NCBI GenBank assembly: GCA_965247095.1 | Contig: OZ251997.1 | Coordinates: 3,264,001 to 3,328,000, forward strand | Length of the DNA: 64,000 nucleotides | From: Candidatus Multivorans sp. | GTDB lineage: Bacteria > Acidobacteriota > Thermoanaerobaculia > Multivoradales > Multivoraceae | Reading direction: 5' to 3' | In this document: piece by piece, positions 9,009-18,032 of the stretch | Layout of the letters: each line of letters starts with the position of its first letter | How positions within the stretch are numbered: the first letter of the stretch is position 1 | Translations under genes and position numbers: made by a program | The notes under the pieces: generated by a model | Told to the model about the DNA's origin: nothing | The model's database searches: none | Seen by the model: the letters and a program-made list of their open reading frames with translations, nothing else

Positions 9009-9821
9009 CTAGACGCTGCGGATGTTGACGCGCTTGAAGTAGCCGTTGCCGTGGCTCTCGGTCTCGACGTCCGGATCGTCGGCGAGAGTGATGTGGACAA
9101 TTCGCCGGTCGGCCGGGTTCATCGGCCGCAGAGTGCGAATGCCGCCTCGGGAAACCACCTCGTCGGCCACACGACGCGCGAGGCCTCTCAGGCGCTCTTC
9201 CTTCCTCCGTTGATAGCCGCCGCTATCAAGCCGGCACGGCACGATTCGCCCCAGCTCCCCGTACATCACGCGCGGCAGGAGGTGCTGGAGCGCCAGGAGG
9301 ACCTGACCCTCGTCTTCTACCAGGAGCTCCTGGTCCACTCCCTCGATCTCGACTTCCAGCCGGCCGTCGGCGAGAACCATGTCCGCCGAGACCTCGAGGT
9401 CGGCCAGTTCGAGAAGTTGACGAAAGGCCCCTTGAGCAATCTCCACGATCTCTTCGGAGTCCTCGACCGGACGCTCCGCTTCCTCCTGCGTCGCCGAACT
9501 CTCCACCGGCGTCTCCACCGGCATCTCCACCGGCGTCTCCTCCGGAGCGCTCGATACCGCGTCATCGGAAGCGACCGCGTCATCGGAAGCCGAGGGCGAA
9601 AGCCCTTCAGTTTCCTCTTCTACCGGCTGCTCAGAACCGGCGCCGACCTGTTCCGGGTCGACACGGATCACCACCCGACGGCGCTTGACGAAGCCGTGTC
9701 GCTTCTCCACCCGATCAAACACCACCTCATCGGGCGACACCCCGAAGTGGTTTGCGGCCGCCAACACGGCCCGGGCCTCCGTTTCGCCCGAAAAGAACAT
9801 GCTGTTCGTGGTTGCGTTCAT
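9009..9821 (-). CDS. jag: Jag/EloR (KhpB) RNA-binding protein with KH and R3H domains
   Basis: Jag N-domain, acidic linker and C-terminal R3H (LRPMNPADRRIVH...ETESHG); follows yidC. Confidence 0.85.
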   Translation of the reverse strand: MNATTNSMFFSGETEARAVLAAANHFGVSPDEVVFDRVEKRHGFVKRRRVVIRVDPEQVGAGSEQPVEEETEGLSPSASDDAVASDDAVSSAPEETPVEMPVETPVESSATQEEAERPVEDSEEIVEIAQGAFRQLLELADLEVSADMVLADGRLEVEIEGVDQELLVEDEGQVLLALQHLLPRVMYGELGRIVPCRLDSGGYQRRKEERLRGLARRVADEVVSRGGIRTLRPMNPADRRIVHITLADDPDVETESHGNGYFKRVNIRSV

Positions 9822-9837
9822 CTAGTCCTGTCCTGCC

Positions 9838-11586
9838 TCACTTCTTCGTTTCGGTCGCCTGCGCGGCCACAACGCCGCCCAGGTAGCCTGCCTTCTTCAG
9901 CTTGTTGTAGACCCCGGTCTGCACGATTCCCAGCAGATTGTTCGTCAGCCAGTAGAGGACCAGACCGCTCGGGAAGCTGAACGAGAAGATCGTGAACCAG
10001 ATCGGCATCGTGTTGATGATCAGCTTCTGGGTCTTGTTCGCGGGAGGCGGCAGCATCCGCTGCTGGAGGAACTGCGAGGCGCCCATGACCAAGGGAAGTA
10101 CGTAGATCGGATCCGGCAGCGCCAGGTTCTGGATCCATCCGAGCCACGACGCGTCCCACAGTTCCACCGCCTCGCTCAAGAGCCGGAAGAACCCGAAGAA
10201 CACGGGCATCTGGAACAGGATCGGCAGGCAGCCGCTGGCAGGATTCACGCCCTCCTCACGAAACAGGCCCTGAATCTCCTCGTTCATCTTGCGCTGCATG
10301 TCCATGCGCGGGCGGCCCTTCCCGTCCTTGAGCTTGGGCCGGTACTTCGCGCGGATCGCTTCCATGCGCGGATTCAACTTCTGGATCCGCAGCATCGACA
10401 CCTGACTCTTATGGGTCAGCGGGAACAGCACCAGGCGGATGACCACGGTCATCAACACGATGCTCCACCCGTAGTTCGCGACCACGTTCTCGTAAATCCA
10501 GCGTAAACCGAATTGCAACGGGCGCGAGATGACGCCGAAGAAGCCGTACCGCACGGTCTTCTCCAGTCGCACACCCATCGCCGCCAGCGCGTCGTACTGC
10601 TTGTCCCCGAAGTACGCCCGTCCGGCGAGTTCGCCGCCCGAGGAGCGCAGAACCAGCATGAAGTCCCGCGTGAGGTCCGCCGTGGCGGGGTCCGCGGCCT
10701 CGAACATGGCGAAGCCGCCCAGGCTGCCGTCGGTCTCCTCCAGGTTGGCAACCGGCCGCGCCTGAACTGTTCCCCGGCCTCCGGCCGGGACCACCGCCGT
10801 GATGAAGTACCGGTCCTCAAGCGCCACCCAGCGGGGGCTGCCGCTCAGATCGAGAGGATCTTCGGCCTTCCGAGGCTCCAGCGACTCCAAGTCGCCATCC
10901 GAGAACCAGGTCGCCGCGCGTCGCTGCTGGCTCGACAACCGGCTCTCCAACTCATCCACGCTCGGATTCCGGATTCCCGGGCCCAACACCAGCCCCCAGG
11001 AGTCGCCTGGCGACTCGATCCGGTACTGGAAGGTCAGACCACCCACCTGGCGGGTGGCGTTCGGAATGTGAAACGTCTTCGTCGCAACGCCCAGGTCACC
11101 GCTGTAGCGGAAGCTGAGCCGCGTGTCGCCCTCTTCGGTCGAGCGTTCGACAACGAACAGAGCGTCGTTGAGCGCCGAACCGCGCTGTGAGCCCTGGAAC
11201 GCGAAGGGGTGGGGCTGGCCGGCCTCGCGCCTGCGCACCAGCTCCACCGGCTCGCCGCCGTTCGGTCGGCGCAGTTCGAAGGACAGCAACTGGGCGCCGC
11301 GGTTCGTGAACTCGAGCGTCGCATTGCCCGACTCGATCACCACCCGCTGCTCAGCGACAGCCTCGGCCCGTTCCACGACCGCGGGCGGCGCCGGCGCCGT
11401 CTGCCCACTCGAAACCGGGACCGCGGAACTCTGTTCGCCGATGGCCCGGCCGTCCGCCGCCTGTTCGGCGCCTCTGATTTCGACCGGCGCCCGCTCGACT
11501 GGCGGTGGTGGCGCGAAGAGAACCTGCCAGAGGAGTAGAACACCCAGGGAAAGGAGCGCAGCGAAAAGAAGTCTTCGGTTATCCAT
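9838..11586 (-). CDS. yidC: Membrane protein insertase YidC
   Basis: MDNRR signal anchor, NYGWSIVLMT..IRL..FPL, GCLPILFQMPVF and FPSGLVLYW..NN. Confidence 0.96.
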   Translation of the reverse strand: MDNRRLLFAALLSLGVLLLWQVLFAPPPPVERAPVEIRGAEQAADGRAIGEQSSAVPVSSGQTAPAPPAVVERAEAVAEQRVVIESGNATLEFTNRGAQLLSFELRRPNGGEPVELVRRREAGQPHPFAFQGSQRGSALNDALFVVERSTEEGDTRLSFRYSGDLGVATKTFHIPNATRQVGGLTFQYRIESPGDSWGLVLGPGIRNPSVDELESRLSSQQRRAATWFSDGDLESLEPRKAEDPLDLSGSPRWVALEDRYFITAVVPAGGRGTVQARPVANLEETDGSLGGFAMFEAADPATADLTRDFMLVLRSSGGELAGRAYFGDKQYDALAAMGVRLEKTVRYGFFGVISRPLQFGLRWIYENVVANYGWSIVLMTVVIRLVLFPLTHKSQVSMLRIQKLNPRMEAIRAKYRPKLKDGKGRPRMDMQRKMNEEIQGLFREEGVNPASGCLPILFQMPVFFGFFRLLSEAVELWDASWLGWIQNLALPDPIYVLPLVMGASQFLQQRMLPPPANKTQKLIINTMPIWFTIFSFSFPSGLVLYWLTNNLLGIVQTGVYNKLKKAGYLGGVVAAQATETKK

Positions 11587-11851
11587 CAGCCTCGGCTCTC
11601 ATGCCCCTAGCGGGGCCTCGCAATCGCAACGCCTGCGGCGGCAAGTCGATGCCTCCGCGACCCAGAGGCTGGCAGCGGAGAAGGCGCCGAACCGTCAGCC
11701 AACTCCCCATCATCAGGCCATGGCTCCGCAAAGCGATCTGCCCGTACTCGGAGCAGGTCGGGCTGAAGCGGCAAGCACGCGGCAGCAGCGGCGACAACCA
11801 ACGTTTGTACGCCCGTAGCAGCGCAACGGCGACGCGGACCGGAATGTTCAT
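11579..11851 (-). CDS. yidD: Membrane protein insertion efficiency factor
   Basis: Y...LSP....CRF.PTCSEY and RRLLRCQP..GG.D. Confidence 0.93.
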   Translation of the reverse strand: MNIPVRVAVALLRAYKRWLSPLLPRACRFSPTCSEYGQIALRSHGLMMGSWLTVRRLLRCQPLGRGGIDLPPQALRLRGPARGMRAEADG

Positions 11852-12258
11852 GGCCGCGACCTTCGGCGCCGGGAGCGACCGGCGCCGAACCGGGCTACCG
11901 CCGCAAACAGGCGATTCAACTCGCTGTAGAAGCTGCGCCGGTCCATCTCGGCCGCGGCGGTCTTCAGATGGACCACCACATCCACCGCGGGCAGCATGTC
12001 CTGCTTGACCTGCTGGCGGTAGTGCTCACGCACCCGCCGGCGCAGCCGGTTGCGCACCACGGCGCCGCCCACCCGCCGACTGGCGGTGAGCCCGAGCCGC
12101 GGGTGCCCGGCGTCATTCGCCCGCACGTGGAACACCGCGATGTCGCCGTGCAGACGCCGGCCCCGGCGGTAGACCCCGCGATAGTCGCGGCTCGACCGGA
12201 TCCGCTCTGCCCCCGGTGCGACACCGGTGTTGCACCGCGGGCTGCTCGATTGACTCAA
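11848..12258 (-). CDS. rnpA: Ribonuclease P protein component
   Basis: RLGLTASRRVGGAVVRNRLRRR (RNR motif); lies between rpmH and yidD. Start approximate (TTG at 12258). Confidence 0.9.
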   Translation of the reverse strand: MSQSSSPRCNTGVAPGAERIRSSRDYRGVYRRGRRLHGDIAVFHVRANDAGHPRLGLTASRRVGGAVVRNRLRRRVREHYRQQVKQDMLPAVDVVVHLKTAAAEMDRRSFYSELNRLFAAVARFGAGRSRRRRSRP

Positions 12259-12260
12259 CG

Positions 12261-12395
12261 TCAGACCGTCAGGCGCTTGCGGCCCTTGCGGCGGCGGCGC
12301 GAGAGAATCGCCCGCCCGTGCCTCGTCCGCATGCGGGAGCGAAAGCCATGCTTCTTCTTGCGACGCCGATTGTTCGGCTGGTATGTCCTCTTCAC
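12261..12395 (-). CDS. rpmH: 50S ribosomal protein L34
   Basis: GTG start; [44 protein letters not shown], 44 aa; purine-rich RBS upstream. Too short for the ORF track. Confidence 0.96.
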   Translation of the reverse strand: MKRTYQPNNRRRKKKHGFRSRMRTRHGRAILSRRRRKGRKRLTV

Positions 12396-12419
12396 GTTCT
12401 TTCCTTCCTACGGCGTTCT

Positions 12420-12943
12420 TGGCGGAGAGGGTGGGATTCGAACCCACGGACCGCTCGCACGGTCACAGGGATTCTCGGGAGACCGCCCGGCGGGCTCGTC
12501 CGAAGCATGGCGGAGAGGGTGGGATTCGAACCCACGGACCGCTCGCACGGTCACAGGGATTCTCGGGAGACCGCCCGGCGGGCTCGTCCGAAGTATGGCG
12601 GAGAGGGTGGGATTCGAACCCACGGACCGCTCGCACGGTCCAAGGATTCTCGGGAGACCGCCCGGCGGGCTCGTCCGAAGTGTGGCGGAGAGGGTGGGAT
12701 TCGAACCCACGGACCGCTCGCACGGTCCAAGGATTCTCGGGAGACCGCCCGGCGGGCTCGTCCGAAGTGTGGCGGAGAGGGTGGGATTCGAACCCACGGA
12801 CCGCTCGCACGGTCCAAGGATTCTCGGGAGACCGCCCGGCGGGCTCGTCCGAAGTGTGGCGGAGAGGGTGGGATTCGAACCCACGGACCGCTCGCACGGT
12901 CCAAGGATTCTCGGGAGACCGCCCGGCGGGCTCGTCCGAAGTG
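12420..12943 (-). repeat. Tandem array of six 87-88 bp units, each containing the 3' 45 nt of tRNA-Ser(CGA) including CCA
   Basis: TGGCGGAGAGGGTGGGATTCGAACCCACGGACCGCTCGCACGGTC recurs at 12420, 12508, 12596, 12683, 12770 and 12857 (and in the tRNA at 12944) with a near-constant 42-43 bp linker. Confidence 0.95.
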
Positions 12944-13033
12944 TGGCGGAGAGGGTGGGATTCGAACCCACGGACCGCTCGCACGGTCAACGGTTTTCGA
13001 GACCGCCCCATTCGACCACTCTGGCACCTCTCC
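12944..13033 (-). tRNA. tRNA-Ser(CGA)
   Basis: GGAGAGG acceptor, anticodon arm GCGGT-CTCGAAA-ACCGT, long variable arm, GGTTCGAATCC and encoded CCA. Confidence 0.95.
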
Positions 13034-13079
13034 TCGTTCGTCGGCCACTCGGCGCGTTTCGTCTTCTCCTGCCCCAGAA

Positions 13080-13169
<90 letters not shown>

Positions 13170-13170
13170 C

Positions 13171-13644
13171 TTAATCGAAAAGCCCGCTCGACCGTAGACG
13201 CCGGAAGAACGCGCGCAACAATGCTGAACTCTCCTCCGCCAGGACGCCGGAGCATACCGTGATTTGGTGATTCAGTCTCGGTTCGCGGACGAGGTTCCCG
13301 ATCGAGCCGCAATAGCCGCCCTTCGGATCCCGCGCCCCGAACACGAGCCGGTCCACGCGGGCGTTGACCATCGCGCCGGCGCACATGGCGCAAGGCTCGA
13401 GGGTGACGTAGACAGCGCAACCCTCCAGTCGCCAGCCCTGCTGTCGGGCGGCGGCCTGAGCTAGCGCGATCATCTCGGCATGCGCCATCGGGTCGCCCCA
13501 GGACTCCCTGCGGTTGTGCCCACGACCGACCACCTCCCCGTCGCGCACAACCACCGCGCCCACCGGAACCTCTCCGGCGGCAGCCGCGAGGCGGGCCTCG
13601 TTAAGAGCCAACCCCATGGCGGTGCGATCGTCCCCTGCGTCCAC
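13171..13644 (-). CDS. tadA: tRNA adenosine(34) deaminase
   Basis: GEVPVGAVVV, HAE and TLEPCAMCAGA zinc motif. Start approximate. Confidence 0.93.
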   Translation of the reverse strand: MDAGDDRTAMGLALNEARLAAAAGEVPVGAVVVRDGEVVGRGHNRRESWGDPMAHAEMIALAQAAARQQGWRLEGCAVYVTLEPCAMCAGAMVNARVDRLVFGARDPKGGYCGSIGNLVREPRLNHQITVCSGVLAEESSALLRAFFRRLRSSGLFD

Positions 13645-13760
13645 TTGGCGAGCTACCGTAGCAGCACCCACTCCCGCCTCGCACCGCGCAGACGAGTCAC
13701 GGCGGGCTGCTACCATCCGGCACGATCCTCGTCTCCACGCACGGGTGCGGGATCGAGAGG

Positions 13761-13876
13761 TCACCGAAGGGTTCGGGCCCTGTGTATCGACCGGCTCCGA
13801 ACCTCGTCAGGCCCGGAAGGGAGCAGCGATAGGGTGTTCGTTTCGAGGGCGCAGTTCAGCCGGAACCCTTCAGTGA
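13761..13876 (+). ncRNA. ffs: Signal recognition particle RNA (4.5S)
   Basis: Helix-8 signature TCAGGCCCGGAAGGGAGCAGC within a long hairpin closed by TCACCGAAGGGTTC / GAACCCTTCAGTGA; sits upstream of dnaX as is common. Confidence 0.9.
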
Positions 13877-13921
13877 CTTCTCTCTGCAGCGTCACTCTTA
13901 CCATGGGCTGCTAGCCAGGCC

Positions 13922-15619
13922 ATGGCGTACCAGGCGCTGGCGCGCAAGTGGCGCCCCCAGACCTTCGCCGATCTGGTCGGCCAGGAGGCGATCGTGACCG
14001 CGCTGGGCAACGCGCTGCGCGAGGGGCGGATCGCCCAGGCCTACCTGTTCTCGGGCATCCGCGGCGTCGGCAAGACCACCGCGGCCCGGGTGCTCGCCAA
14101 GGCCCTGAACTGCGTCGGCGCCGACGGTTCCGCCACCGCCCCGGCCGCCGAGCCGTGCAATGAATGCCCGGTCTGCCTCGAGATCATGCAGGCCGGCGAC
14201 CTCGACGTACTCGAGATCGACGCCGCCACCTACTCCAAGGTCGAACAGGTCCGCGACCTCACCGAAAGCCTGAAGTACGGCCCCGCGCGGGACCGCTACA
14301 AGGTGGTGGTCCTCGACGAGATCCACCGCCTGTCCAGACAAGCCTTCGACGCTCTGCTCAAGATCGTCGAGGAACCGCCCGCGCATCTCACCTTCGTCTT
14401 CGCGACCACCGAAATCGAGATGGTGCCTGCGACGATCCTGTCCCGCTGCCAGGAGTTCCACTTCCGGCGCGTACCCGCCAACCCGATGGTGGCCCACCTG
14501 ACGAGAATCTGCGAAGCGGAGGAGATCGAGGCCAGCCGGGCGACCCTGCGCCTGATCGCCCGCGCCTCGGAGGGAAGTGTTCGCGACGCGGTGGCTCTCC
14601 TCGATCAGCTCGCCACCTTCGGCGGCGGCAAGCTCGCCGACGAGGATGTCGGCCGGCTGCTGGGCGGCATCGACGCCGAGCTGCTCTCCACCCTCCTCAA
14701 GGCCATCCTGGCCGGCGACGGCCGGCGGCTGTCGCAGACGATCCGGTCGATCGAGGACGGCGGCAGCGACCCCCGGCAGGTATTCACCCACTTCCTCGGT
14801 TTCCTGCGCAGCGCCCTGCACCTGGCGCAGGGTCTCGACCCCGAACAACTCGACCTGCCCGCCGAAGCCGCGACGGAACTGGAGCGGGTCGCGTCGGGCG
14901 CGGGTTACGAGAACCTGCTCCGGCTGTTGCATCTGTTGCTCAGCAGCGAGACCGTCGTGCGGCGCGCCGACGCCCCCGGTCTGGCTCTGGAGGTCGCCCT
15001 GCTCCGCGCAGCCGAGCTGCCGCGGCTGGTGCGCATCGAGCAACTTGGGGCCACTCTGCCGGGCGGTCTTCCTGCTACCGCGGAATCGACTCCGCAACCT
15101 GCCGCCCCCGGCGGCAGACCACCAAGCGCGGCCACGGTGGCCGTTCCCGCTGCCGCCCCGGACGCCGCCGGCGAGATCAAACGACTCCTCGCCTCCAGCC
15201 AGCCGTCCCTGGCCGGCCTGCTCGACTTTCACCAGGCCCGGTTCGCGGTTCAGGGCAGCACGCTCGTCGTCACGGCCGTTCCGGCGCTCGAGGAAGCGCT
15301 CCGCGATGGGGCGAAAGCGGGCCAACTGAGGGACACCGTGCGCGCGGTGCTGGGCCCCGAGGCCGATTGGAAGACGACCCCCGCCGCCCTCCAGGCACGC
15401 GAAGACCACCCCGCCCCGGCGGTCAGCGGTGCACCGGCCGGCGCCCCGGCGCCGGACCGGGAAGCGGCGCCCGGCAGCCGGCCCGGGCGACCGGCTGCCC
15501 GCCGCACCCCGCCGCCGAGCGAAGAAGCACGCACCGCCGCCGAGCAGGATCCGACCGTGCGCGCGGTGCTCGATATCTTCGGCGGCCCCGTGGTCGACGT
15601 AAGACCCCGAACCCACTGA
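13922..15619 (+). CDS. dnaX: DNA polymerase III subunit gamma/tau
   Basis: YQALARKWRPQTF, GIRGVGKTT, zinc cysteines, DEIH and TILSRC. Confidence 0.96.
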   Translation: MAYQALARKWRPQTFADLVGQEAIVTALGNALREGRIAQAYLFSGIRGVGKTTAARVLAKALNCVGADGSATAPAAEPCNECPVCLEIMQAGDLDVLEIDAATYSKVEQVRDLTESLKYGPARDRYKVVVLDEIHRLSRQAFDALLKIVEEPPAHLTFVFATTEIEMVPATILSRCQEFHFRRVPANPMVAHLTRICEAEEIEASRATLRLIARASEGSVRDAVALLDQLATFGGGKLADEDVGRLLGGIDAELLSTLLKAILAGDGRRLSQTIRSIEDGGSDPRQVFTHFLGFLRSALHLAQGLDPEQLDLPAEAATELERVASGAGYENLLRLLHLLLSSETVVRRADAPGLALEVALLRAAELPRLVRIEQLGATLPGGLPATAESTPQPAAPGGRPPSAATVAVPAAAPDAAGEIKRLLASSQPSLAGLLDFHQARFAVQGSTLVVTAVPALEEALRDGAKAGQLRDTVRAVLGPEADWKTTPAALQAREDHPAPAVSGAPAGAPAPDREAAPGSRPGRPAARRTPPPSEEARTAAEQDPTVRAVLDIFGGPVVDVRPRTH

Positions 15620-15657
15620 CTGCTCTCGAGCTCAACACCCCGACAGGAACCACCACG

Positions 15658-15951
15658 ATGAACATCCAGAAGCTGATGCGCCAGGCCCAGGAGATGCAGC
15701 AGCAAATGCAGCGTGATCTGGCGGCGGCCGAGTTCACCGCCAGTGTCGGCGGCGGCATGGTCGAAGTGCGCGTGAACGGCGAAAAGGAGGTCCTCGCCGT
15801 CCGCGTCGATCCCGAAGTGCTCGACCCTGAGGATCCGGGCATGATCCAGGACCTGGTGCAGGCCGCCGTGAACGAAGCCGGACGCAAGGTGAACGAGTAC
15901 GTGGGGCAACGCCTTGGCGGCATGGCTGCCGGGATTCCCGGTCTGACCTGA
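15658..15951 (+). CDS. ybaB: YbaB/EbfC nucleoid-associated protein
   Basis: MNIQKLMRQAQEMQ...GGGMVEV.VNG...DLVQAAVNEA; between dnaX and recR. Confidence 0.93.
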   Translation: MNIQKLMRQAQEMQQQMQRDLAAAEFTASVGGGMVEVRVNGEKEVLAVRVDPEVLDPEDPGMIQDLVQAAVNEAGRKVNEYVGQRLGGMAAGIPGLT

Positions 15952-16538
15952 TGCCGGCCGATCCTCTTTCCAGCCTGGTAGAGGAACTCGCGCGCCTGCC
16001 TGGCATCGGCCCCAAGACGGCCCGGCGACTGGCCCACCACCTGCTCCGCGTCGACCGCGCCCGGGCGGAAGCGCTGGCCAAGGCGGTCATCGACGTCAAG
16101 GATCGGATGATGCACTGCTCCACCTGTCATCAGATCACCGCGGTGGACCCCTGTTCGGTCTGCAGCGACCCGCATCGCGACCAGACCAAGCTCTGCGTCG
16201 TTGAGGAGCCGTTCAACATCGAGCCGATCGAGCGCACGGGTGAGTTCCACGGCCTCTACCACGCCCTGCTGGGTTCCCTCTCGCCCCAGCGTGGCGTGGG
16301 GCCCGACGAACTGACCGTCGCCTCCCTGCTGGGGCGGCTCGACGGCATCGAGGAGGCGATTCTGGCCATGAACCCGAACGTGGAGGGCGAAGCCACCGCT
16401 CTGTACCTCGCCGGCCTTCTGGGCAAGCGCGGGGTGCGGGTTACGCGGCTGGCGTTCGGTCTGCCCGTCGGCGGCGACATCGACTACGCCGACCAGGTGA
16501 CCCTGGCGCGGTCACTCGCCGGCCGCCGCGACCTATAG
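15951..16538 (+). CDS. recR: Recombination mediator RecR
   Basis: LPGIGPKTA.R HhH, C4 zinc finger, Toprim EGEATA and GLPVGGDIDYAD. Confidence 0.96.
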   Translation: MPADPLSSLVEELARLPGIGPKTARRLAHHLLRVDRARAEALAKAVIDVKDRMMHCSTCHQITAVDPCSVCSDPHRDQTKLCVVEEPFNIEPIERTGEFHGLYHALLGSLSPQRGVGPDELTVASLLGRLDGIEEAILAMNPNVEGEATALYLAGLLGKRGVRVTRLAFGLPVGGDIDYADQVTLARSLAGRRDL

Positions 16539-16554
16539 CAGCTATAGCAGCTAG

Positions 16555-16622
16555 CCCGCCAGTCCGTGGGCCTGAGGGGAGGGTCCCTCTGGCCCACGGA
16601 CTGGCTGGAGGGCGGTGCGCTG
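16555..16622 (+). repeat. Hairpin repeat, family B, copy 1
   Basis: CCCGCCAGTC...hairpin...CTGGCTGGAGGGCGGTGCGCTG. An inverted copy lies at 20092-20149. Confidence 0.7.
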
Positions 16623-16703
16623 AGTGTAGGCCCTGAACAGAGCGGTGCCTCAGGATTCAGGTGAGGCAAACCGGGGAGAGGGCGCTAGCCTCTAGCGGTC
16701 GGC

Positions 16704-18032
16704 ATGGCTTCCCTTCCTTCCCACCGACTCGACAGCGGCGATCAACTGCCGGAAATCCGAACGCCGCCTCCGGGGCCACGCGTGCGGACGGCAGCCGGGC
16801 GGCTCGACGCGGCCGAGGCGCCGGGAATCAACACCCTGGTCGCCGGAAGCACCTCGATGCTGTGGGAAGAGGCTCTCGGCAGCAATGTGCTCGACATCGA
16901 CGGCAATCGCTACCTCGACCTGACGGCCGGCTTCGGAGTTGCAGCGGTGGGCCACCGGCATCCTGCCGTGGTTTCGGCGGTGAAGGGGCAGGCGGATCGC
17001 CTCCTTCACGGACTGGGCGACGTCTATGCTCATCCGGCCCGCGTCGATCTGAGCGAGCGTCTCGGTCATCTGGCGCCGCTTCGAGAGCCGCAGGTCTACT
17101 TTGCCGCCTCGGGAGCCGACGCGGTGGAGATCGCGCTGAAGACCGGCCGCCTCTACAGCGGCCGCCCCGAAATCCTCGCCTTCGCTCCTGCGTACCATGG
17201 CACGACCTTGGGAGCGCTCCAGGGGACTTCGAGGCCGGCCTTTCGGACTCCCTTCACCGAGCCGCTGGACAACCTGGTTCACCGTCTGCCCCACGGGTGT
17301 GAGCTTGAAGAAGTGCGGCGCGTGCTGGACCGGCAGCCGGCGATCGGAACCTGTCTCGTCGAACCGGTGATCGGGCGCGAGGCTACGCGGTGGCCGCCTC
17401 GCGGCTGGCTGGCGGGATTGGCCGCGGCGTGCCGCGAGCACAACGTGGTCCTGGCGGTCGACGAGATCTTCACCGCGTTCGGCCGCTGCGGAGCCTGGTT
17501 CGTGAGCGCTCAGGACGGTATCGAGCCCGATCTCATCTGCTGCGGCAAGGCCCTCGGCGGCGGCCTCCCGATCGCAGCCGTGCTCGGTCAGAAGCAGGTG
17601 ATGGCCTCCTGGCAGACGGATGGCGAGGCGCGCCACACCGCGACCTTCGTCGCGCATCCGCTCGCCTGCGCCGCGGCTCTGGCGACGCTCGAAGTGATCG
17701 AGAGCGAGGGCCTGATCGAGCGGTCGCGGAAGATGGGCCGCCACTTCGGCCCTCGCCTCGAGTTGCTCGAGAAGCAACCAGGCGTCGTCGATGTCCGCGG
17801 CACGGCGCTGCTGTGGGGCGTGGAACTCGATACGCCGGAACGCGCGGCGGGCCTCAGTCGGCAGCTCTTGGATCGCGGTGTGATCGCCCTGAAGGGGGGC
17901 GCCTCCGGCACGGTGCTGCAGATCGCGCCGCCGTTGGTGATCACCAAGCGCCAGTTGGACTACGCGGCAGACTCCCTGGTCCAGGTCGCGTCCAGAATGG
18001 GTTCAGGGTTCCAACGCTCGCCTACCAGCTAG
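16704..18032 (+). CDS. Class III PLP-dependent aminotransferase (GABA/acetylornithine aminotransferase-like)
   Basis: D.DGN.YLD..AG, SGADAVE.ALK, YHG.T, DEI.T.FGR.G and GKALGGGLP. Confidence 0.88.
   Translation: MASLPSHRLDSGDQLPEIRTPPPGPRVRTAAGRLDAAEAPGINTLVAGSTSMLWEEALGSNVLDIDGNRYLDLTAGFGVAAVGHRHPAVVSAVKGQADRLLHGLGDVYAHPARVDLSERLGHLAPLREPQVYFAASGADAVEIALKTGRLYSGRPEILAFAPAYHGTTLGALQGTSRPAFRTPFTEPLDNLVHRLPHGCELEEVRRVLDRQPAIGTCLVEPVIGREATRWPPRGWLAGLAAACREHNVVLAVDEIFTAFGRCGAWFVSAQDGIEPDLICCGKALGGGLPIAAVLGQKQVMASWQTDGEARHTATFVAHPLACAAALATLEVIESEGLIERSRKMGRHFGPRLELLEKQPGVVDVRGTALLWGVELDTPERAAGLSRQLLDRGVIALKGGASGTVLQIAPPLVITKRQLDYAADSLVQVASRMGSGFQRSPTS

Noticed and set aside
9499-9592. 12-bp and 18-bp tandem repeats in jag
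   Set aside because: In-frame low-complexity linker expansion (PVET/PVEM, ASDDAV); ordinary for Jag.
12420-12943. Six additional functional tRNA genes
   Set aside because: No D arm and no closable anticodon stem, so they cannot be canonical decoding tRNAs.
12420-12990. CRISPR array
   Set aside because: The linkers are near-identical rather than unique, the repeat is a tRNA 3' half, and no cas genes are in the window.
13922-15619. Programmed -1 frameshift in dnaX
   Set aside because: No A-AAA-AAG or poly-A slippery site seen.
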